A DNA stretch of 64,000 bases from Cenarchaeum sp. (lineage in GTDB: Archaea > Thermoproteota > Nitrososphaeria > Nitrososphaerales > Nitrosopumilaceae). How positions within the stretch are numbered: position 1 is the stretch's first letter; each line of letters begins with the position of its first letter. A model generated the notes under the pieces. It made no database searches and had not been told where the DNA came from. It worked only from the letters and a program-made list of their open reading frames with translations. The stretch lies in the NCBI GenBank assembly GCA_965242695.1, contig CBDESU010000002.1:1024001-1088000 (forward strand), given 5' to 3'. Positions 59,331-64,000 of this stretch are shown here, in pieces. Position numbers and translations under genes: made by a program.

Positions 59331-60311
59331 GTGGCGGACAGCGGCGGCAGCGACGGCGACTGGCGCCCCTGCCGCATCATATGCGGGGATGCTCGCGAAG
59401 TCATGCGTTGCATGCCGGGCGAGAGCGTCGACCTGAGCTTCTGGTCGCCGCCCTACTTTGTCGGCAAGTCGTACGAGCAAGACCTGGACTTTGACGGATG
59501 GCGCTCGATGGTCGCCGACGTGGTCGGGCAGCACAGGCGCGTCGTAAGGCCCGGCGGGTTCATGGTCGTCAACATCGCCGACATACTGTGCTTTGTGGAT
59601 CCGGACATGCCGCGCATACAGGCCAACTCGCTCTCGCGCAAAAAGGTGCCGATCACGAGGGAGGACGTGCAGAGGACCCTGCGCGACCATCCGGGTGCGA
59701 ACCGGGACGAGATTGCCGCCATCCTCGGGTGCAGCGAGCAGACAGTGCAGCGGCGGCTAGAGCACAACAACGTCCGCGGCGGCAAGTCGATACCCGGCAC
59801 GCGCGTGCTCCTTACGAGCGCGATGGTCGTCGAGTGGGCCGCGGATGCCGGCCTCTACCTGTACGACAAGCGCATATGGCACAAGGATCCAGCATGGATG
59901 AGCAGCAGGTGGCACACGGGGTCGTACCGGGCCGTCGACGAGTACGAGTACGTGCTGGTGTTCTGGAACCCGGGCATTACCGAGTACGACAGGGATCGCC
60001 TGACGGCGCCCGAGTGGGGCGAGTGGGGATCGCGCGGCGTGTGGAACATACGGTCGGTCGCGCGCAACGCCCGCCACGAGGCCGAGTTCCCCGAAGAGCT
60101 TGCAAGGCGCGTCATACGGCTGTTCTCGCCGCCCGGCGGCACCGTCCTGGACCCGTTCGCAGGAACCGGGACGACGACGGCCGTGGCGGCCATGGAGGGC
60201 CGCCGGTGGGTCGGCATCGAGCGGGACCGTCGCTACGCCGACATGGCGCGCACCCGCACCCGCTCGCTGCTCTCAGCCGCGCCCCCTGCCGGCGCCCCCG
60301 CCCAATCCTAA
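59331..60311 (+). CDS. Orphan beta-class N4C/N6A DNA methyltransferase with an inserted HTH
   Basis: WSPPY, HEAEFPEEL, VLDPFAGTGTT; insert RDEIAAILGCSEQTVQRRL. Confidence 0.85.
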   Translation: MADSGGSDGDWRPCRIICGDAREVMRCMPGESVDLSFWSPPYFVGKSYEQDLDFDGWRSMVADVVGQHRRVVRPGGFMVVNIADILCFVDPDMPRIQANSLSRKKVPITREDVQRTLRDHPGANRDEIAAILGCSEQTVQRRLEHNNVRGGKSIPGTRVLLTSAMVVEWAADAGLYLYDKRIWHKDPAWMSSRWHTGSYRAVDEYEYVLVFWNPGITEYDRDRLTAPEWGEWGSRGVWNIRSVARNARHEAEFPEELARRVIRLFSPPGGTVLDPFAGTGTTTAVAAMEGRRWVGIERDRRYADMARTRTRSLLSAAPPAGAPAQS

Positions 60312-60312
60312 T

Positions 60313-61557
60313 ATGGGCGCCGCCCGCGGCCGCACCGTGCAGATAGGGATACTCGGCAAGGCCAACGTCGGCAAGTCGACGCTCTTCTCGGCGGCCACCG
60401 AGACGGACGTCCCGACGGGCAACTTTCCGTTCACGACCGTAAAGCCAAACGTCGGCGTCGCCCACGTGCGCGCCCCCTGCCCGTGCAGGGACCTCGGGAT
60501 TGAGGACCACGACCACCCCGCATGCTCGGCCGGCACTAGGCTCGTTCCCGTGCAGCTCACGGACGTGGCGGGGCTCGTGCCGGGCGCCCACGAGGGCAGG
60601 GGGCTCGGCAACCAGTTCCTCGACGACGCCAGGCAGGCGGCCGCCCTGGTGCACGTAGTCGATGCAGCCGGCACGACCGACCTGCAGGGGCAGCCGGTCC
60701 CTGCCGGCACGCACGACCCCGCCGAGGACGTAGAGTTTGTCGAGGCCGAGTTCGACATGTGGATCGCGGGGCTGCTCGCGCGCGAGTGGCCCAAGCTCAC
60801 GCGCGAGACCGACCAGAAGGCGGCAGGCGCGGCCGAGGCCATTGCGCGCCGGCTCAGCGGCCTGGGAATAGGCGAGGCGCACGTCCGGGAGGTGCTCGCA
60901 TCCGAGGGGCTGGCCGGAAAGAGGCCCGCCGAGTGGTCCGATGCAGACAAGTCGGGGTTTGCGTCGGCCCTGCGGCGGCGCACAAAGCCGGTCGTCATTG
61001 CGGCCAACAAGGCCGACCTGTGCGGCGATGCAGAGGGCGTTGCGCGGCGGCTGGCCGGGGCCGGCGGTGGCGGGGACGGCAGCGAGGCCCGCCGCGTCGT
61101 CTTGTGCAGCGCAGAGGCCGACCTGCTGCTGCGCCGCGCCGCCAAGGCCGGCGCGATCAAGTACTCGCCCGGCTCGGCATCCTTCGAGCCGGGGGAACTG
61201 ACGGCCGACCAAGAGAGGGCTCTCAAGCTCGTCTCGGATACGGTCCTCTCGCGGCTCGGAACGACCGGCGTGCAGGAGGCCCTAGAGGCGGCCGTGTTCG
61301 GGCTGCTCGGCATGATCGTGGCGTACCCCGTAGAGGACGAGGGCAGGTACTGCAGGCGCGACGGAACGGTCCTGCCCGAGGCGCTGCTGCTCCCGCCCGG
61401 CTCGACGGCAAGGGATCTTGCCGGCGCCGTCCACGCCGATCTTGCCGGCTCGCTCCTGCACGCGATAGACTGCCGCAAGAGGCAGCGCATCGGCGCCGAC
61501 CACCAGCTCGCCGACGGCGACGTCGTAAAGGTCGTCTCGGCGGCGGCCCGGGGGTGA
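60313..61557 (+). CDS. ychF: YchF/OBG-family translation-associated NTPase
   Basis: GKANVGKST, FPFTT, DVAGLVPGAHEGRGLGNQFL, NKAD, TGS domain. Confidence 0.88.
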   Translation: MGAARGRTVQIGILGKANVGKSTLFSAATETDVPTGNFPFTTVKPNVGVAHVRAPCPCRDLGIEDHDHPACSAGTRLVPVQLTDVAGLVPGAHEGRGLGNQFLDDARQAAALVHVVDAAGTTDLQGQPVPAGTHDPAEDVEFVEAEFDMWIAGLLAREWPKLTRETDQKAAGAAEAIARRLSGLGIGEAHVREVLASEGLAGKRPAEWSDADKSGFASALRRRTKPVVIAANKADLCGDAEGVARRLAGAGGGGDGSEARRVVLCSAEADLLLRRAAKAGAIKYSPGSASFEPGELTADQERALKLVSDTVLSRLGTTGVQEALEAAVFGLLGMIVAYPVEDEGRYCRRDGTVLPEALLLPPGSTARDLAGAVHADLAGSLLHAIDCRKRQRIGADHQLADGDVVKVVSAAARG

Positions 61558-61564
61558 CCGCGCC

Positions 61565-62707
61565 GTGCTGTGCCTTGGCGTCGAGAGCACGGCCCACACG
61601 TTCTCGTGCGCCGTCCTCGAGCGGGGACATACGGGCCGGATGCGCATCCTGTCGGACGTGCGGGCCGTGTACAGGCCGCCGAGCGGCGAGGGCATCCACC
61701 CGCGCGAGGCCTCTCGCCACCACGTGGACAACGCCCCGCGCGTCCTGTCCGAGTGCCTCGCAGGCGCCGGAGTCGAGTCGGCCGCCTCGCTAGACGCCGT
61801 CGCCTACGCGGCGGGGCCCGGCCTGGGCCCGTGCCTGCGCGTCGGCGCCGTCGTCGCAAGGTCGATCTCGGCGTACTATTCCGTCCCGATACACCCCGTA
61901 AACCACGCCGTCGGGCACATCGACCTCGGCATGATGCTCACAGGAGCGTCCGACCCGCTCGTCCTGCTCGTCTCGGGCGGCCACACGATGCTGCTCGCGT
62001 TCGTCGGGAACAGGTGGCGCGTGTTCGGCGAGACGCTCGACATTACCCTCGGGCAGATGTTCGACCAGTTCGGCCGCTCCCTCGGGTATCCGTCTCCGTG
62101 CGGGAGGCAGATAGAGTCGCTTGCGGGGGCGGCGGCATCGCGGGCAGACGGCGCCGGGGAAGGGGGCGCCGAGTCCCCGTACGTCCCGCTCCCGTACACG
62201 GTAAAGGGCAACGACGTGTCCCTGTCGGGGCTGCTCTCGGCGGCAAAGCGGGCCGCCGAGGAGCACGGCCCCGAGGCGGCATCGTACTCGCTGCAGGAGA
62301 CTGCATTCGCCATGGTATGCGAGGCCGTCGAGAGGGCCCTGTCGTTTACGGGCCGCACCGAGCTGCTCGTCGTAGGCGGCGTGGCAGCCAACGCGCGCCT
62401 CTCGGGAATGCTGCGCAGCGCGTGCAGGAGGCAGGGGTGCAGGCTGTACGCGGCGCCGCTAAGGTACGCCGGCGACTGCGGCTCGCAGATTGCGTGCACG
62501 GGCCTGCATGTGGCGTCCGCGCCGCCAGCGCCGCGCCCCGCGGGCCGTGGCCGCCGCGGCCGCCCCGGTCGGGCGGGCTCGGCCAAGGGCGCCGGCGTCG
62601 CCCTGCGCGACGCGTTCGTCAGGCAGTCGTGGAGGCTCGACGGGGTCGACGTAGAGTACCGCGGCGGGAGCCGCCGCCAAAGCCGCCGCGGCGCGGGCCG
62701 GGCCTAG
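61565..62707 (+). CDS. kae1: KEOPS t6A tRNA threonylcarbamoyltransferase
   Basis: LGVESTAHT, GPGLGPCL, NHAVGH, SGGHT, GETLD, GGVAAN. Confidence 0.92.
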   Translation: MLCLGVESTAHTFSCAVLERGHTGRMRILSDVRAVYRPPSGEGIHPREASRHHVDNAPRVLSECLAGAGVESAASLDAVAYAAGPGLGPCLRVGAVVARSISAYYSVPIHPVNHAVGHIDLGMMLTGASDPLVLLVSGGHTMLLAFVGNRWRVFGETLDITLGQMFDQFGRSLGYPSPCGRQIESLAGAAASRADGAGEGGAESPYVPLPYTVKGNDVSLSGLLSAAKRAAEEHGPEAASYSLQETAFAMVCEAVERALSFTGRTELLVVGGVAANARLSGMLRSACRRQGCRLYAAPLRYAGDCGSQIACTGLHVASAPPAPRPAGRGRRGRPGRAGSAKGAGVALRDAFVRQSWRLDGVDVEYRGGSRRQSRRGAGRA

Positions 62708-63078
62708 GGCTTGCCTGCGTCGCCGGCGGGGGGGCTGCCGCTGCCGGCCGCCTTTGCATCGGCCATCGCGTCCTGTATGGACTCGAGCCAGCCGCCGCTG
62801 CCGAGCACGCCGAACTTGAACGTCTCCTCGGAACCGTCGCCGCCCCTGGCCGCGCCCTTGACGCAGACCTTCTTCATGAGCAGGCCCTCCTTCCACGCGC
62901 GCGAGACGCTGCCGAGGGGCATGTCGACGACGGTCTCGCCAAACTCCTTCCTAAAGTCCATGATGCGCCCCTTTGTCTTGTCGAACGCGAGCCTCCTGTT
63001 CGTGAGCGTCAGTATGCCGACGCCGAGCCTGTCCTCGCTGCAGTCCTCCTGCCTGAGCCGCTTCTCGCCCTCTTCCAT
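62704..63078 (-). CDS. Small PH/GRAM-like domain protein
   Basis: GILTLTNRRLAF pattern; ttatat upstream. Confidence 0.65.
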   Translation of the reverse strand: MEEGEKRLRQEDCSEDRLGVGILTLTNRRLAFDKTKGRIMDFRKEFGETVVDMPLGSVSRAWKEGLLMKKVCVKGAARGGDGSEETFKFGVLGSGGWLESIQDAMADAKAAGSGSPPAGDAGKP

Positions 63079-63141
63079 GCCGCCGGCGCGGCGCGCCCGA
63101 ATATAAGGCACGCCCGGCGCGGCGCGCATCGGCGCCCCGCC

Positions 63142-63999
63142 CTACAACAGGCGCCGCGCCAGCTCTAGCGTCTCCTCATACTCTGGCTCGAGGACGCCCG
63201 ACGCAACGAGCCTCTCGAGCGTCTCTGGCCTCAGGCACAGGGATCCCTCGCCCCTGACATGCGGCACCAGCCCGCTGTTGCAGGCCACAGCGTCCGCGAG
63301 TATGCCGTCCCGGTGCACCTGCTTGAGCGGGGGGTCGAAGGGCGGCTCAAGCGCCACGCCGCCGCATCCGTCCGGAACAGCGGGGCTGACGACGGGAGGT
63401 TGCGGCACCGGAGCCGGCCGCCTCAGCGAGTCGAGCCACTTGCCGTGAAGCTCCGACCTTGGATCGGGCGTGTCGGGGCCAGGGTGTTCGTGGAGTGGAG
63501 GGTCGGAGGAATGGCCGTCGGCATGCCTGAAGTTGTAGTATATAGTCGAACCGCTGCTGACGGTCACAGAAATGAACGTGTAGCACTCGCCTAGCGCATA
63601 GCCGACATCCCTCATCGCGGAAAAGGGCGCTATGGGCACCAGCAGGTGGCCCTGGGCGGGATCCAGCCAGCCCCCTCGGTGCGGAAGCCCCGCGGGGATT
63701 CCCAGGTGGATCGTCTGCCTTCCCTCGCCCGGCACGAGGTCGATGCTAATTCCGCCCGCTACCCTGTACCTGAACCCCGCGACCACATCTGGCACGACGA
63801 TCACCTTGAAGTGCGTCCCCTCTGTGCTGGGCACAGAGTCTGCGGTGCCCGGCGCAAGCGCAATGGCTAGGTAAAGGCTTCTAAGATCTGCCTTGAGCCC
63901 CTCAATCTCCTCGATCTCGGACTCTAGGAATCTGATTCCGATTGTCGTTGAATCGAACCGCTCTTGGCCGCGCCTCTCCGCCGCGCCGCGATCCTCCAC
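63142..63999 (-). CDS. Hypothetical protein (probably 5'-truncated by the window) with a C-terminal PLKQ module
   Basis: PPLKQ..G..AVACNSGL..CLRPETLERLVASG resembles the module in 467..3733. Confidence 0.6.
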   Translation of the reverse strand: MEDRGAAERRGQERFDSTTIGIRFLESEIEEIEGLKADLRSLYLAIALAPGTADSVPSTEGTHFKVIVVPDVVAGFRYRVAGGISIDLVPGEGRQTIHLGIPAGLPHRGGWLDPAQGHLLVPIAPFSAMRDVGYALGECYTFISVTVSSGSTIYYNFRHADGHSSDPPLHEHPGPDTPDPRSELHGKWLDSLRRPAPVPQPPVVSPAVPDGCGGVALEPPFDPPLKQVHRDGILADAVACNSGLVPHVRGEGSLCLRPETLERLVASGVLEPEYEETLELARRLL

Positions 64000-64000
64000 C

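Noticed and set aside
1-64000. Many long Arg/Ala/Pro-rich overlapping ORFs
   Set aside because: Expected shadow frames at this GC content, where stop codons are scarce.
1-64000. Frequent TAG stop codons as a sign of recoding
   Set aside because: TAG falls at the expected C-termini of conserved proteins, and no pyrrolysine genes are seen.

Overview
High-GC (roughly 70% by eye) archaeal DNA, most likely from an ammonia-oxidising Nitrososphaerota (Nitrosopumilaceae-like). A sponge-symbiont lineage is plausible but is inference from the GC content and gene-family expansions. The lineage call rests on the adjacent 4-hydroxybutyrate-CoA ligase and 4-hydroxybutyryl-CoA dehydratase of the 3HP/4HB cycle, the archaeal clusters Lsm-rpl37e and rpl7ae-rps28e-rpl24e-ndk-aIF5B, tgtA, kae1, and TATA boxes about 25 bp before starts. 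Two tRNAs are present (Ala-CGC, Leu-TAG). Accessory patches, often lower in GC, interrupt the backbone: (1) three DUF5678-like genes with one intact retropepsin-like protease plus a Type ISP R-M remnant beside tRNA-Leu; (2) a ~4.3 kb array of three copies of an unknown ~130-aa gene, two Zn-finger genes plus a relic, and one convergent gene with ADP-ribosyltransferase-like motifs whose tail survives as relics behind the other two copies; (3) a frameshifted Mrr-like nuclease-STAND NTPase (Avs-like); (4) two unannotated 35-aa micro-ORFs, one coupled to a DUF6338-like membrane protein. The window also holds two orphan DNA methyltransferases, a Met/Asp-repeat cupredoxin, a four-domain solute-binding protein and a cluster of GCGATCGC palindromes. 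A recurring pattern is that a small gene is amplified while its larger, possibly toxic partner stays intact in one copy only. All calls come from reading motifs by eye; no searches were run.
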